In this document: positions 52,494 to 62,857 of the stretch, one piece after another
How positions within the stretch are numbered: the first letter of the stretch is position 1
How the letters are laid out: each line of letters starts with the position of its first letter
DNA from: Pseudomonadota bacterium
Lineage (GTDB): Bacteria; Pseudomonadota; Alphaproteobacteria; Sphingomonadales; Sphingomonadaceae
NCBI GenBank assembly: GCA_023457895.1
Contig: JAEXAY010000012.1
Coordinates: forward strand, 2,512 to 66,511
Reading direction: 5' to 3'
Length of the DNA stretch: 64,000 bases
The notes under the pieces: generated by a model
Told to the model about the DNA's origin: nothing
The model's input: the letters and a program-made list of their open reading frames with translations, nothing else
Database searches by the model: none
Made by a program: the position numbers and the translations under genes

Positions 52494-53717
52494 TCAGAAA
52501 TCCCGGGTGAAGCTGACGAGGTCGCTGTCCGGATCGCCGTTGCCGGTGATCAACCCACGCAGCATCTGGGCTGCCATCATCGAAAAGGTGATGCCGTTGC
52601 CGCCATAGCCCATTGCTGCATAGCAGTTAGCCATGCGCGGGACACGGCCGATGGTCGGCGTTCCGGTCTTGCTGTCACCGAAGCTCCCGGTCCAGGCATA
52701 AGCGGGTTCGGGATCGAGCGCGGGGAGGAGTCGGCCAAGCTTTTCGCTCAGGATTCTGCTTTTGGCGGCAAGTTTGGCGTCGCGTTCGGCCGCATCGCTG
52801 ATCTCCTCATCCTCTCCGCCACAGACGACCTCGCCGGCGGGCGTGGTGCGGATGTAGAGATAGGGGGCGGCGGCTTCCCAGATGATTGACGCGGTAGGCC
52901 AGATGTTGCGCGGTTGCGGGCGAGTGGCGATCGCCCAGGTCGAAATGATCTGGTGGCCCTTCATCGGAATGCCTCTCAGCATCTCGTAACCCGTCGCAAA
53001 GACGACTTGATCGGCGTGGATTTCGGGTCCCTCAACGCTGTGGGCGACCACGCCGTTAACAGAAGGTTCAACGCTGCCAATGTCTACAGGCGTGTAGATC
53101 CGTGCGCCGCGTGTTATCGCGACACGGAGATAACCCGCCGCGAGCTTGCGCGGATCGGCGAGATAATTGCCGAACCCGGCAATCGCATGGCGTCCGCTGA
53201 TGCCATATCGTTCGCGAACCTGGGCCGGTTTGAGCAGTTCGACCTCGAACCCGGCGCGTCGGCGCGCTTCGGCTTCTTCGGCAAGCCCTGCCGCGTCCAG
53301 CACGTTGCCGTCGAGATAAAGCGACCCGCGCGTTGCCTGACCGGCGGCAATGCCCAGCCGTTCGGTACGCTCGCGCAGGGCATCGACCGCGAGTTTCGAG
53401 CGCCGCCACAGCCGTTCTGCGCGTTCGCGGCCAATACTGTTGGCAAGCTGAAACAAGGGCATGTCGATTTCATATTGGAGCAGCGCGGTCGATGCGGCGG
53501 TCGATCCGGTGACGGGGCGGCGACGGTCGGCAATCACCACCCGTAATCCAGCTTCGGTCAGGGTTTCGGCGATGATCGCGCCCGAGATACCGGCGCCGAC
53601 CACCAGCACATCGCACTGAACCTTGCGAACGAGCGGCGCGGTTTCGATCGGCGGCAGCCGCTTGGCGAGCCACAGCGGGCGCCCGGTGCGCAGATCGCGA
53701 TGCTTGGTGATGGACAC
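52494..53717 (-). CDS. FAD-dependent oxidoreductase (DAO family)
   Basis: Has the VLVVGAGISGA dinucleotide-binding motif. Confidence 0.88.
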   Translation of the reverse strand: MSITKHRDLRTGRPLWLAKRLPPIETAPLVRKVQCDVLVVGAGISGAIIAETLTEAGLRVVIADRRRPVTGSTAASTALLQYEIDMPLFQLANSIGRERAERLWRRSKLAVDALRERTERLGIAAGQATRGSLYLDGNVLDAAGLAEEAEARRRAGFEVELLKPAQVRERYGISGRHAIAGFGNYLADPRKLAAGYLRVAITRGARIYTPVDIGSVEPSVNGVVAHSVEGPEIHADQVVFATGYEMLRGIPMKGHQIISTWAIATRPQPRNIWPTASIIWEAAAPYLYIRTTPAGEVVCGGEDEEISDAAERDAKLAAKSRILSEKLGRLLPALDPEPAYAWTGSFGDSKTGTPTIGRVPRMANCYAAMGYGGNGITFSMMAAQMLRGLITGNGDPDSDLVSFTRDF

Positions 53718-53862
53718 GCCAGAACTCTCCCACTAAAGGCTCGAACCGTGGGCGTTTGCCGCTGCGCTGTCACGCCTTTTCCGGTGAATTTCGATAAGTT
53801 TCGGAAGAAGTGCTGAAGGGCAGACGCAAAGGTAATGCGGTTTTTTGCGAGGGCCAGAATCT

Positions 53863-55686
53863 ATGTGCGGTATTATCGGTATCATCGGCAACGCGGAAGT
53901 TGCGGACAGCCTTGTCGATGGTTTGCGGCGGCTGGAGTATCGCGGTTATGACAGTGCAGGTGTCGCGACTATCCATGATGGTCAGCTTGATCGCCGCCGC
54001 GCGGAAGGGAAACTCAACAATCTCGCCAAAGTGCTGGCCGACCAGCCGCTCCCCGGCAGTATCGGGATCGCGCATACCCGTTGGGCTACCCACGGCGCGC
54101 CGACGACGAGCAACGCCCACCCCCATGCGACCGATCATGTCGCGCTCGTCCACAACGGCATCATCGAAAATTTCAAGGAATTGCGTGACGAACTGCAGGG
54201 CAGGGGCCGGACCTTCACCTCCGATACGGACACCGAGGTGGTGGCGCATCTGGTAAGCGAGGAAATTGAGGCGGGCAAGTCGCCCGAGGAAGCAGTCAAG
54301 GCCGTGCTGCCGCGGCTGCGGGGCGCGTTCGCGCTGGCCATCCTGTTCAAGGATCATGCCGATAAGCTGATCGGCGCACGGCTCGGCTCACCGCTCGTGG
54401 TGGGCTATGGCGATGATGAGAATTACCTTGGCTCCGATGCGCTCGCGCTGGCGCCCCTGACGCAGCGGATCGCTTATCTCGACGAGGGCGACTGGGTCGT
54501 GGTGACGCGCGAGGGCACGCAGATTTACGACAAGGACAACCACCCGGTCACGCGCGAGATCGTGACCTCGGGGGTGTCGGCGGCGGCGGTCGAGAAGGGC
54601 AATTACCGTCATTACATGCAGAAGGAAATCTTCGAGCAGCCGACCGTCGTGGCGCAGACATTGCGCAGCTATATTCGGCCGGTCGAGCAGCAGGTGGCGT
54701 TGCCGCAGATGGATTTCGACCTGTCGGCAATCCGCCGCATCACCATCGTTGCCTGCGGGACCAGCTATTATGCCGGGATGGTCGCCAAATACTGGTTCGA
54801 GCAATTCGCGCGCGTGCCGGTCGATATCGATGTCGCTTCCGAATTCCGGTACCGCGAGCCGGTGATGGAAGAGGGCGGCCTTGCGCTGTTCATCTCGCAA
54901 TCGGGTGAAACCGCCGATACGCTTGCGGCGCTGCGCCACGCGCGCGCCGAAGGACAGAAGATCGCGGTCGTCGTCAACGTGCCGACCTCGTCGATGGCGC
55001 GCGAGGCGGACCTGTTGCTTCCGACCCATGCCGGCCCGGAAATCGGCGTCGCCTCGACCAAGGCGTTTTCGTGCCAACTCGCGGTGCTGGCCGCGCTGGC
55101 GGCGCATCTTGCCGTGGTCAAGGGCCGCATCACCCGGGCGGAAGAGCAGGATGTGGTCGCTCATCTCACCGAAACTCCCGCCGCGCTCAATGCCGCGCTG
55201 GCGCACGACGGCGAGATCGAGAAGATGGCGCCGCTCATTGCACCCGCACGTGACGTGCTCTATCTCGGGCGTGGGCCGGACTATCCGCTGGCGCTGGAAG
55301 GCGCGCTCAAGCTCAAGGAAATCAGTTATATCCACGCCGAAGGTTATGCGGCGGGCGAGATGAAACATGGCCCGATCGCGTTGATCGACGAAAATGTGCC
55401 CGTGATCGTGCTCGCGCCTTCCGGCCCGTTGTTCGAAAAAACTGTCAGCAACATGCAGGAAGTGCGCGCGCGTGGCGGCAAGATCGTACTGATTTCTGAT
55501 GCCGAGGGGCTGAAGGAAGCGGGCGAAGGGTGCCTCGCCACGATCGAAATGCCGCAGGTCCATCCGTTGATTGCGCCGCTGGTCTATGCCGTGCCGGTCC
55601 AGCTCCTCGCATATCATGTGGCGGTGGCCAAGGGTACCGACGTCGACCAGCCGCGCAATCTTGCCAAAAGCGTTACGGTGGAATAG
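53863..55686 (+). CDS. glmS: Glutamine--fructose-6-phosphate aminotransferase
   Basis: Has the MCGIIG Ntn-Cys start, two SIS domains and the C-terminus KSVTVE. Confidence 0.97.
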   Translation: MCGIIGIIGNAEVADSLVDGLRRLEYRGYDSAGVATIHDGQLDRRRAEGKLNNLAKVLADQPLPGSIGIAHTRWATHGAPTTSNAHPHATDHVALVHNGIIENFKELRDELQGRGRTFTSDTDTEVVAHLVSEEIEAGKSPEEAVKAVLPRLRGAFALAILFKDHADKLIGARLGSPLVVGYGDDENYLGSDALALAPLTQRIAYLDEGDWVVVTREGTQIYDKDNHPVTREIVTSGVSAAAVEKGNYRHYMQKEIFEQPTVVAQTLRSYIRPVEQQVALPQMDFDLSAIRRITIVACGTSYYAGMVAKYWFEQFARVPVDIDVASEFRYREPVMEEGGLALFISQSGETADTLAALRHARAEGQKIAVVVNVPTSSMAREADLLLPTHAGPEIGVASTKAFSCQLAVLAALAAHLAVVKGRITRAEEQDVVAHLTETPAALNAALAHDGEIEKMAPLIAPARDVLYLGRGPDYPLALEGALKLKEISYIHAEGYAAGEMKHGPIALIDENVPVIVLAPSGPLFEKTVSNMQEVRARGGKIVLISDAEGLKEAGEGCLATIEMPQVHPLIAPLVYAVPVQLLAYHVAVAKGTDVDQPRNLAKSVTVE

Positions 55687-55702
55687 CGATGCCCTTGCCT
55701 CA

Positions 55703-56254
55703 ATGACGTTGGACGGGGTGCAGCGATTATGGACGGTCCAGCGCCGCGGCTTTTTCGAGCAAGTTTCGCGGGACGGCGTTTCACGCGTCGAATGGTCTCG
55801 CATCTCGCGCTCATGGCGCGCTGCCTACCGGTATATGCAGGCCAGGACGGCGCTTCACAGCGGGCGACCCATTCCCCCTTTCGCGCCGGTCTGGGCCTTT
55901 CATTCCTGCGGCGCGTGGCAGCATCCGCCCGACCGGTCAGACATCGACATGCTGTGTAATCTCGACCATCCAAGAACTGAGCAATTGATGATCGGCCTGC
56001 TGGAAGTGCCGCCGCAACAATTTTTGTTGAGCGTTTACGGCCCTTGGTGCGATCTCCTTTACGAGACCGATTTTTCCATCGAAACGCCCGCGCTGCAGGC
56101 GTTATGGCAGACATCCGGACCGCAGTTCGGACCACTCAACAGCCAGCATCTCCAGGCTGTTCTCCTCGAATTGCCGGCCAGCCAGATACGCGTGGTGGCA
56201 ACGCTCGATCGCGCCTTTACCAAGCGCGGCACATTACGGAAATTCTTGCGATAG
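55703..56254 (+). CDS. Hypothetical protein, possibly DUF3841-like
   Basis: Has LWTVQ near the N-terminus and a PVWAF segment, as I recall for DUF3841 (unverified). Third-position G+C is visibly lower than in neighbouring genes. Confidence 0.55.
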   Translation: MTLDGVQRLWTVQRRGFFEQVSRDGVSRVEWSRISRSWRAAYRYMQARTALHSGRPIPPFAPVWAFHSCGAWQHPPDRSDIDMLCNLDHPRTEQLMIGLLEVPPQQFLLSVYGPWCDLLYETDFSIETPALQALWQTSGPQFGPLNSQHLQAVLLELPASQIRVVATLDRAFTKRGTLRKFLR

Positions 56255-56323
56255 CCCCTGCGACACCCATGTGTCCGGCGTTTTACCGGTTGCGCGGCAT
56301 CCCGATTGCGATAAACCGCGCCG

Positions 56324-56536
56324 ATGTCTGATGAAGTCAAAATCATCGCGGCGGTCGTTTTGATCGTTATCGGCGCGCATTTGCTGCTCTATGGTTTCAT
56401 CCGGCGCAAGGTTGCGCTGGCCAAGGCCGAAGGCTATCGTCGCCAGCGTGAAGCCGAAGGCGGGGGAATGGGTGACGCAACAACACGGGCGGGAATGGGT
56501 GAGGGTGCCGAAAACCACGGCGACGACACCGTTTAA
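56324..56536 (+). CDS. Small membrane protein (70 aa), hypothetical
   Basis: Has a single TM helix (IIAAVVLIVIGAHLLLYGFI) and a charged tail. There is no clear RBS. It ends 24 nt before the CDF gene. Confidence 0.4.
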   Translation: MSDEVKIIAAVVLIVIGAHLLLYGFIRRKVALAKAEGYRRQREAEGGGMGDATTRAGMGEGAENHGDDTV

Positions 56537-56560
56537 GTGCCGCGGGAAAGCGGCTTGATT

Positions 56561-57523
56561 ATGTCTGGTAACGACGCTCATGATCATTATGAGCACGATC
56601 ATGATGCCCATGATCATCGGGGCCACGATCATGGCGGCCATGACCACGATCACGCCAGGGGTGCTCCCGCGCGCAGCCTTGCCATCGCGCTGGCGCTGAC
56701 CGGCAGCTTTCTCATTGCCGAGCTTGTCGGGGCATGGTGGTTCAACAGTCTCGCGCTCCTGTCGGATGCGGCGCATATGTTCACCGACAGCGCGGCGCTG
56801 GCGATTGCGCTCGTGGCGGTTAAGGTCGGCCAGCGCAAGGCAGACGAGCAGCGCACCTATGGCTATCGCCGCTTTGAAATCCTGGCGGCCGCGATCAATG
56901 CCGTGCTGCTGTTCGTGGCGGCCGCTTTCATCCTGTGGGAGGGCATACAGCGCATCATCGACCCCGCGCCGGTGCAATCGATCGGCATGATGGCGGTGGC
57001 GGGACTCGGCCTCATCGTCAACCTCGTTGCGATGGCGGTGCTGGTCAGGGGCAAGGAGGAAAACCTCAACGTCAAGGGCGCGTATCTGGAGGTGTGGGCT
57101 GATATGTTGGGCTCGCTCGGCGTGATCGCGGCGGCGGCGATGATCTGGTTCACCGGCTGGGATCTGATTGACCCGATTGTCGCCATCGGCATCGGTATCT
57201 GGGTACTTCCGAGGACCTGGGTATTGCTGCGCGACACTACGCATATCCTGTTACAGGGTGTTCCCAAGGGCAAGAGTCTTACCGAAATCCGGTCGGCAAT
57301 GAATGCGAGTTCGGGCGTGGCCGGTATCCATGACTTGCATCTCTGGTCAGTGGCGGGAGATGATGCGAGCCTCACCGCCCATGTCGTACTCAAGGATGGC
57401 GCAGACGGCGAGGCGGTGCGCATCGCGCTGAGGGCAATGCTTGATGCCCGCTTCCACATTCATCATGTGACGCTGCAGACCGAACGCATACCTTGCCCGG
57501 ATAGTGAAGGCCTGCATGATTAG
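56561..57523 (+). CDS. Cation diffusion facilitator (CzcD/ZitB-like) with a His-rich N-terminus
   Basis: The N-terminus is MSGNDAHDHYEHDHDAHDHRGHDHGGHDHDH. It has the CDF TM core (SLALLSDAAHMFTDSAA, HxxxD in TM5) and a C-terminal cytoplasmic domain. Confidence 0.92.
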   Translation: MSGNDAHDHYEHDHDAHDHRGHDHGGHDHDHARGAPARSLAIALALTGSFLIAELVGAWWFNSLALLSDAAHMFTDSAALAIALVAVKVGQRKADEQRTYGYRRFEILAAAINAVLLFVAAAFILWEGIQRIIDPAPVQSIGMMAVAGLGLIVNLVAMAVLVRGKEENLNVKGAYLEVWADMLGSLGVIAAAAMIWFTGWDLIDPIVAIGIGIWVLPRTWVLLRDTTHILLQGVPKGKSLTEIRSAMNASSGVAGIHDLHLWSVAGDDASLTAHVVLKDGADGEAVRIALRAMLDARFHIHHVTLQTERIPCPDSEGLHD

Positions 57524-57542
57524 TCACCGAAAGGGGAGCAAT

Positions 57543-58076
57543 ATGACTGAAATCATTGCGGATAAATCAGCTGGCCGGATCATCGCCGGGTTGCTGGGGA
57601 GCATCCTTTTTGTCGTAACGGGGGCATGGATCGCCGGATGGTTTGGCGAACCTCTGCAATCGCGCGATGGCCTCGCGGCGGACCTCGCCTATTTTTTCGG
57701 AACCGATCAGGCGATGATCGGCAAGATCATTGGCTGGGCATGCATGTTGCTGTTCGCGGCATTTGCGCTCGTCCACGTCAAATTACTGTTCAGCAGCGGT
57801 CCGGTGGTACGGATCGACAAGGAAGGCATGTGGGTCGCGCGTTGGCGCAAGCCGGCGGTGCCGTGGCATCATATCGAAAGGTTAACGCAGATTTCGGGGC
57901 CCGGCGGGCGCTTATTCGGCCTTGTTTTGACCGAAAAAGGACGCGCCGCGCTTGGCTTTAAACAACGCAGCTTCAACCAGCCTGATCTGGTCCTCAATCT
58001 CGTCGGCACCAAGGCAAAGTTTGATAGCGTCTATGACTATGTCCAGCGCCATCATCCAAGACTGCTGCAAATCTGA
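57543..58076 (+). CDS. Membrane protein with two N-terminal TM helices and a PH-like soluble domain (hypothetical)
   Basis: A GGGGAG RBS precedes ATG 57543. It has two TM helices and then VVRIDKEGMWVARWRKPAVPWHHIERL. Confidence 0.65.
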   Translation: MTEIIADKSAGRIIAGLLGSILFVVTGAWIAGWFGEPLQSRDGLAADLAYFFGTDQAMIGKIIGWACMLLFAAFALVHVKLLFSSGPVVRIDKEGMWVARWRKPAVPWHHIERLTQISGPGGRLFGLVLTEKGRAALGFKQRSFNQPDLVLNLVGTKAKFDSVYDYVQRHHPRLLQI

Positions 58077-58141
58077 TGATCGATGGCGCGGGCGGGGTTG
58101 CAAGCCATGCCACGCTCCGCTATTTTCGCAGGCCTGAAAGG

Positions 58142-58167
58142 AGCGGCCCGTCGTGGTCGCTTTTTTG
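58142..58167 (+). terminator. Rho-independent terminator
   Basis: AGCGGCC-CGTCGT-GGTCGCT followed by TTTTTTGTTT, 66 nt after the stop at 58076. Confidence 0.7.
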
Positions 58168-58201
58168 TTTGACCTATTAGCGAGCAGGGAGGCTCTCTGT
58201 C

Positions 58202-59389
58202 ATGACAATCACTGCGTTGATGCCCGTTTATCCCCGGTGCGAATTTCGTCCGGTGCGCGGCGAGGGCAGCTGGCTGATTTCGGAGGATGGCAGCCGTGCG
58301 CTCGATTTTGCCGCGGGAATTGCGGTCAACTTGCTCGGCCACGGCCACCCGCATCTGACCAAGGCGATCCAGGATCAGGCTGCCACCCTGATGCATGTCT
58401 CAAACCTGTATGGCAGCCCGCAGGGGGAAGCCTTTGCCCAGCGGCTCGTTGACACGACTTTTGCCGACACGGTGTTCTTTACCAATTCGGGCGCCGAGGC
58501 GGTGGAGTGCGCGATAAAGACCGCGCGCGCCTATCACCAGTCGCAAGGCTCGGAACGCTACGAGATCATCACCTTCAAAAATGCCTTCCACGGCCGCACC
58601 ATGGCGACCATTTCGGCATCCAATCAGGAGAAGATGCACAAGGGCTTCTCGCCGCTACTCAACGGCTTCAAATATGTCGACTTCGACGATCTTGAAGGCG
58701 CGCGGGCCGCCGTCGGCTCACAGACCGCCGCGTTCCTGGTCGAACCGATCCAGGGAGAAGGCGGCGTGCGTCCGGCTTCGGAGGCGTTCATGAAAGGCCT
58801 GCATGCGCTCGCGGACGAGCATGACCTGTTGCTCATGCTCGACGAGGTGCAGTGCGGGGTTGCGCGGACCGGTGCGCTCTACGCCCACGAGCTTTACGGT
58901 ATTGTCCCCGATGTCATGGCGACCGCCAAGGGAATTGGCGGGGGCTTTCCGCTCGGCGCCTGTTTGGCCACCGAAAAGGCGGCGCGCGGCATGACGGTCG
59001 GTACGCACGGATCGACCTATGGCGGCAATCCGCTGGCCATGGCGGCCGGTCAGGCGGTGTGGGATGTCGTCGCGAACGACGAATTCTTGAGTGAAGTCCG
59101 CCGCTTGGGGGATAAACTTCGCGCCTCCATTGAGCAATTTATCGGCAATTATCCGGACCTGTTCACCGGCGTGCGCGGCAAGGGGCTGATGCTCGGCATC
59201 ATGATGACGCATGAAACGCGCGCCTTTGTGGCGCATCTGCGTGACAATCACGGGCTGCTCACCGTCGCCGCGGGTGACAACACGCTGCGCGTGCTGCCGC
59301 CGCTCAATATCACCGACGAAGAGGTCGACCTGTTCATCGAGAAACTGTCTGCCGGGGCCGCGGATTATGTGAAGCCGGAAGGCGTGTAA
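58202..59389 (+). CDS. argD: Acetylornithine (class III) aminotransferase
   Basis: Has [12 protein letters not shown] and [12 protein letters not shown] (PLP Lys). It lies adjacent to argF. Confidence 0.93.
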   Translation: MTITALMPVYPRCEFRPVRGEGSWLISEDGSRALDFAAGIAVNLLGHGHPHLTKAIQDQAATLMHVSNLYGSPQGEAFAQRLVDTTFADTVFFTNSGAEAVECAIKTARAYHQSQGSERYEIITFKNAFHGRTMATISASNQEKMHKGFSPLLNGFKYVDFDDLEGARAAVGSQTAAFLVEPIQGEGGVRPASEAFMKGLHALADEHDLLLMLDEVQCGVARTGALYAHELYGIVPDVMATAKGIGGGFPLGACLATEKAARGMTVGTHGSTYGGNPLAMAAGQAVWDVVANDEFLSEVRRLGDKLRASIEQFIGNYPDLFTGVRGKGLMLGIMMTHETRAFVAHLRDNHGLLTVAAGDNTLRVLPPLNITDEEVDLFIEKLSAGAADYVKPEGV

Positions 59390-59396
59390 AAACAGG

Positions 59397-59469
59397 CCGA
59401 AGCCCTGCGCTAGTCGAAGGGCGTTGCGTTTGGCGGAAGGGGCGTCCTTCGACAGACTCAGGACTACGG
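59397..59469. repeat. Imperfect-palindrome intergenic repeat, copy C
   Basis: The left arm is CCGAAGCCCTGCGCTAGTCGAAGGGCGT and the right arm is GGCGTCCTTCGACAGACTCAGGACTACGG. It lies in the 89-nt argD-argF spacer. Confidence 0.65.
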
Positions 59470-59478
59470 ATATATTTT

Positions 59479-60405
59479 ATGAGCAGAAATTTTCTCAATC
59501 TCTCGGATGCCGGCGGCGATGCCCTCGCGGCGATTCTCAACGATGCGATGGAGCGCAAGGCGGCGCGTGCAGGTATGCCCAAGGGCGCGGTCGATGCCGA
59601 TGCGCCGCTTGCGGGGCACGTGCTGGCGATGATCTTCGAGAAAAATTCGACCCGTACGCGGATGTCGTTCGACATGGCGATCCGCCAGCTGGGCGGGCGC
59701 AGCATCGTGATGGACGCGGGCTCCATGCAGATCGGGCGAGGGGAGAGCATCGCGGATACCGCGCGCGTCGTATCGGGGTACGCCGATGCGATCATGATCC
59801 GCACTGACGATCACGCCAAGGTCGAGGAAATGGCCGCAAACGCAAGCGTTCCGGTGATCAACGGACTCACCGACCTGTCGCATCCGTGCCAGATCGTCGC
59901 CGATCTCCAGACCATTCTCGAAAATGGCAAGGCCCTGCCTGGCCTCGAGGTGGCGTGGCTGGGCGATGGCAACAATGTGCTCAATTCGATCATCGAGGCG
60001 GCCGGGTTGATGAAGTTCAACGTCCGCTGCGGCTGTCCCAATGGCTATGAACCCGACGCGAAGTTCGTCAAGGCCGCCCAGCAGGCGGGCGCCGACATCA
60101 CGCTAACCGGCGATGCGAAACAGGCCGTGAGCGGCGCTGATGTCGTCGTCACCGACACATGGGTTTCGATGGGCCAGGAGCATGCCGACGAAAAGATCGC
60201 AGCGATGATGTCATTCCAGGTAAACGAGGCGTTGATGGGCGTAGCCAAGCCTGATGCCATTTTCCTTCATTGCCTGCCCGCGCATCGCGGCGAGGAAGTC
60301 ACCGCGGGTGTGATCGACGGTCCGCAATCGCGCATCTTCGACGAAGCGGAAAACCGCCTCCACGCACAAAAATCGATTCTGCTCTGGGCCCTTGGCAAGA
60401 TTTAG
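59479..60405 (+). CDS. argF: Ornithine carbamoyltransferase
   Basis: Has the [13 protein letters not shown] and [10 protein letters not shown] motifs. Confidence 0.96.
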   Translation: MSRNFLNLSDAGGDALAAILNDAMERKAARAGMPKGAVDADAPLAGHVLAMIFEKNSTRTRMSFDMAIRQLGGRSIVMDAGSMQIGRGESIADTARVVSGYADAIMIRTDDHAKVEEMAANASVPVINGLTDLSHPCQIVADLQTILENGKALPGLEVAWLGDGNNVLNSIIEAAGLMKFNVRCGCPNGYEPDAKFVKAAQQAGADITLTGDAKQAVSGADVVVTDTWVSMGQEHADEKIAAMMSFQVNEALMGVAKPDAIFLHCLPAHRGEEVTAGVIDGPQSRIFDEAENRLHAQKSILLWALGKI

Positions 60406-60532
60406 CGCGTTGGGCCGGTGAGCTCCGCCACTTCGGCACGAGGGGCTGCCCGGTACGGCGCGATCCATTGGGTGTCGTCGTTCCGCCTGGCCAAGGGCCG
60501 CTTCACACTCGGCGAACGCAAAAAGGTAACAC

Positions 60533-61426
60533 ATGACCCAGAGTGAAATCTATTTCGATCAGCCGCTGATTTTCACGCTCCCGGACCAGCATGCGCGCGG
60601 GCGATTTGTGCGGCTGGGACCAGTGCTCGACCTGATCCTTTCGGCGCATGGTTATCCGCCCGCGATCGAGCGCGTGCTGGCTGATGCGCTGACGCTTACC
60701 GCACTGCTTGGTTCAACGCTCAAGGATGAACAGGGGCAGCTTACCCTGCAGGCGCAGACCGAAAACGGGCTGATCGAACTGCTGGTATGCGACTACAAGG
60801 CGGGAGAACTGCGCGGCTATCTGAAGTTCGATCCCGAGTGTGCGGCCGAAATGCCCGAAGATCCCTCACTTTTTGCCCTGTTCGGCAAAGGCTATCTCGC
60901 CATTACGTTCGATCAGGCGGCCTCTGACGAACGCTATCAGGGCATCGTCCCGCTGGACGGGGAAAATCTAGCGGAAGCCGCACAGAATTATTTTGTGCAA
61001 TCGGATCAGTTGCCGACGCTGGTTCGGCTGGCGACGCGGCAGGAGAAAGGCGCTGGCTGCATTGCCGGGGGCATGCTGGTCCAGTATCTTCCCGACGGGG
61101 AAGAAGGGCGCGAACGGCTCCATGTGCGCGAAGACCATCCGCAATGGGAGCATGTCCGGGCGCTGGCCGAAACCATCAGTTCCGAGGAACTGACCGATCC
61201 TCGACTCAGCCTTGAAACACTGGTGTGGCGCTTGTTCCACGAAGAACAGGAAGTACGCGTTCTTCCAGCGGAAAAGCTGGTGCGCGGTTGCCGCTGCAAC
61301 CCCGACTATCTGAAGTCAGTAATCGAGCGGTTTCCTCCGCAGGAGCGCGCCGAGATGGCGAATGATGAGGGCGATATCGTGATCGATTGCGCTTTCTGTT
61401 CGAAGCTTTTTCCTATCCCGGCGTAA
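60533..61426 (+). CDS. hslO: Hsp33-family redox-regulated chaperone
   Basis: Has the C-terminal zinc centre CRC..(x27)..CAFC. Confidence 0.93.
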   Translation: MTQSEIYFDQPLIFTLPDQHARGRFVRLGPVLDLILSAHGYPPAIERVLADALTLTALLGSTLKDEQGQLTLQAQTENGLIELLVCDYKAGELRGYLKFDPECAAEMPEDPSLFALFGKGYLAITFDQAASDERYQGIVPLDGENLAEAAQNYFVQSDQLPTLVRLATRQEKGAGCIAGGMLVQYLPDGEEGRERLHVREDHPQWEHVRALAETISSEELTDPRLSLETLVWRLFHEEQEVRVLPAEKLVRGCRCNPDYLKSVIERFPPQERAEMANDEGDIVIDCAFCSKLFPIPA

Positions 61427-61564
61427 CAGACCTGTTCATTGGACGGGATGAACCGTGTTCATATTGCGCTAAGCCGTGTAATTATACAAAATATACGGAT
61501 CGGACTGGCCTCCATCGATGTGATTCGGTTATGGTGCCGGTCCGGCATGAACAGGATGATTGAT

Positions 61565-61966
61565 ATGAAATTGCGTTATCTTGCAACCTTCCCCGCAACC
61601 GTTGCCCTCTTTGCAGCCGGGGCACCGGCCCAGGCGCCGAGCTTTGCGATGCTGGGCACGCTGGAGAAGGGACAATGGACGCTGGTGGAACGCGGTGACG
61701 GCGGCTCCAGAAAGACCCTGTGCTTGGGCGATGCAACGCAGATGCTCCAGACCGAGCATAGCGGTGCCCAATGTTCGCGCTATACCATCCGTGACGATGC
61801 TGAGCAGGTCACGGTGCATTATACCTGCGGCCGGCAGGGGCATGGCAAGACGACGGTGCGCAAGGAAACCGCGCGGCTGGTGCAGATCGACACGCAAGGC
61901 ATGCTGAACGGACAGCCCTTTTCGTTTGGCTACGAAGCGCGAAAGACTGCACCCGCCTGCCGGTAA
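61565..61966 (+). CDS. Hypothetical secreted protein (DUF3617-like pattern)
   Basis: Has a signal peptide (MKLRYLATFPATVALFAAGAPAQA) and four spaced Cys. The family guess is from memory. Confidence 0.6.
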   Translation: MKLRYLATFPATVALFAAGAPAQAPSFAMLGTLEKGQWTLVERGDGGSRKTLCLGDATQMLQTEHSGAQCSRYTIRDDAEQVTVHYTCGRQGHGKTTVRKETARLVQIDTQGMLNGQPFSFGYEARKTAPACR

Positions 61967-62077
61967 ACCGATTGGGCTGGGTGGTTAACCCGGTCTTTAC
62001 CATTGCGGGCTAGAGAGGGATGGTCGCCCTTGATTTGGGTACAGCTTTCCTCTCCCAAGGCTTTTGCCTTTCCTCAA

Positions 62078-62106
62078 GGCCGCTCTGCCGAGCGGCCTTT
62101 TCTTTT
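62078..62106 (+). terminator. Rho-independent terminator
   Basis: GGCCGCTC-TGCC-GAGCGGCC is a perfect 8-bp stem, followed by TTTTCTTTT. Confidence 0.8.
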
Positions 62107-62134
62107 GGCCGCGAGCGGTCTATCCGCCGCGGCA

Positions 62135-62857
62135 ATGACGGACAGGATCAATCACGGACTTCAGGATGACCTTGCAGTCGTTCTGCTTTCGGGCGGCCTC
62201 GACTCGATGGTGTGTGCGGGGCTCGCGCGTGAGGCAGGCCGGCGCGTGCTGGCGCTGACGGTCGATTATAATCAGCGCCATGCGATCGAACTTGAAGCTG
62301 CGTCTCGGATTGCCGCCGCGATCGGGGCCGTGCGGCATATCCGTTTGCCGATCGACCTGCGCGCTTTTGGCGGGTCGGCGCTGACCAGCGACATTGCCGT
62401 GCCGAAGGACGGGGCAGGGATTGCCGAAACGGAAATCCCGGTGACCTATGTTCCGGCGCGTAACACGATCTTCCTCTCGCTCGCGCTGGGCTGGGCGGAA
62501 GCCGCCCGCGCGCGCCACATCTATGTCGGCGTCAATGCGCTCGATTATTCGGGCTATCCCGATTGCCGTCCGGAATTCATTGCCGCCTTTACCGAAACCG
62601 CGCGGCTGGCGACACGCGCAGGAGTAGAAGGCGATCCGTTCCGGATCGAAACGCCGCTTCTCCATATGAGCAAGGCGGATATCGCTGCGGAGGCCGCCCG
62701 CTTGGGCATGGACGCCGGGATGAGCTGGTCTTGCTATGATCCCACGGCCGATGACCGTCACTGCGGTGAGTGCGATGCCTGCCGCTTGCGCCACAAGGGT
62801 TTCGTCGAAGCGGGGCTCAAGGATCCCACCCGTTATGCAAGGACCCCGGACTTGTGA
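62135..62857 (+). CDS. queC: 7-cyano-7-deazaguanine synthase
   Basis: Has the VVLLSGGLDS PP-loop and the C-terminal zinc cluster CGECDACRLR. Confidence 0.95.
   Translation: MTDRINHGLQDDLAVVLLSGGLDSMVCAGLAREAGRRVLALTVDYNQRHAIELEAASRIAAAIGAVRHIRLPIDLRAFGGSALTSDIAVPKDGAGIAETEIPVTYVPARNTIFLSLALGWAEAARARHIYVGVNALDYSGYPDCRPEFIAAFTETARLATRAGVEGDPFRIETPLLHMSKADIAAEAARLGMDAGMSWSCYDPTADDRHCGECDACRLRHKGFVEAGLKDPTRYARTPDL

Noticed and set aside
53718-53862. glmS ribozyme upstream of glmS
   Set aside because: No matching structure was seen. The ribozyme is essentially a Gram-positive feature and is not expected here.
60406-60532. Possible fourth, degenerate copy of the palindromic repeat (GGCCGCTTCACACTCGGCGAAC)
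   Set aside because: Similarity to the arm consensus is weak and no complementary second arm is present.
61967-62134. preQ1 riboswitch upstream of queC
   Set aside because: No preQ1-I/II-like hairpin followed by an A-rich tail was recognised. The most prominent structure is a strong intrinsic terminator (62078-62106) belonging to the upstream gene.
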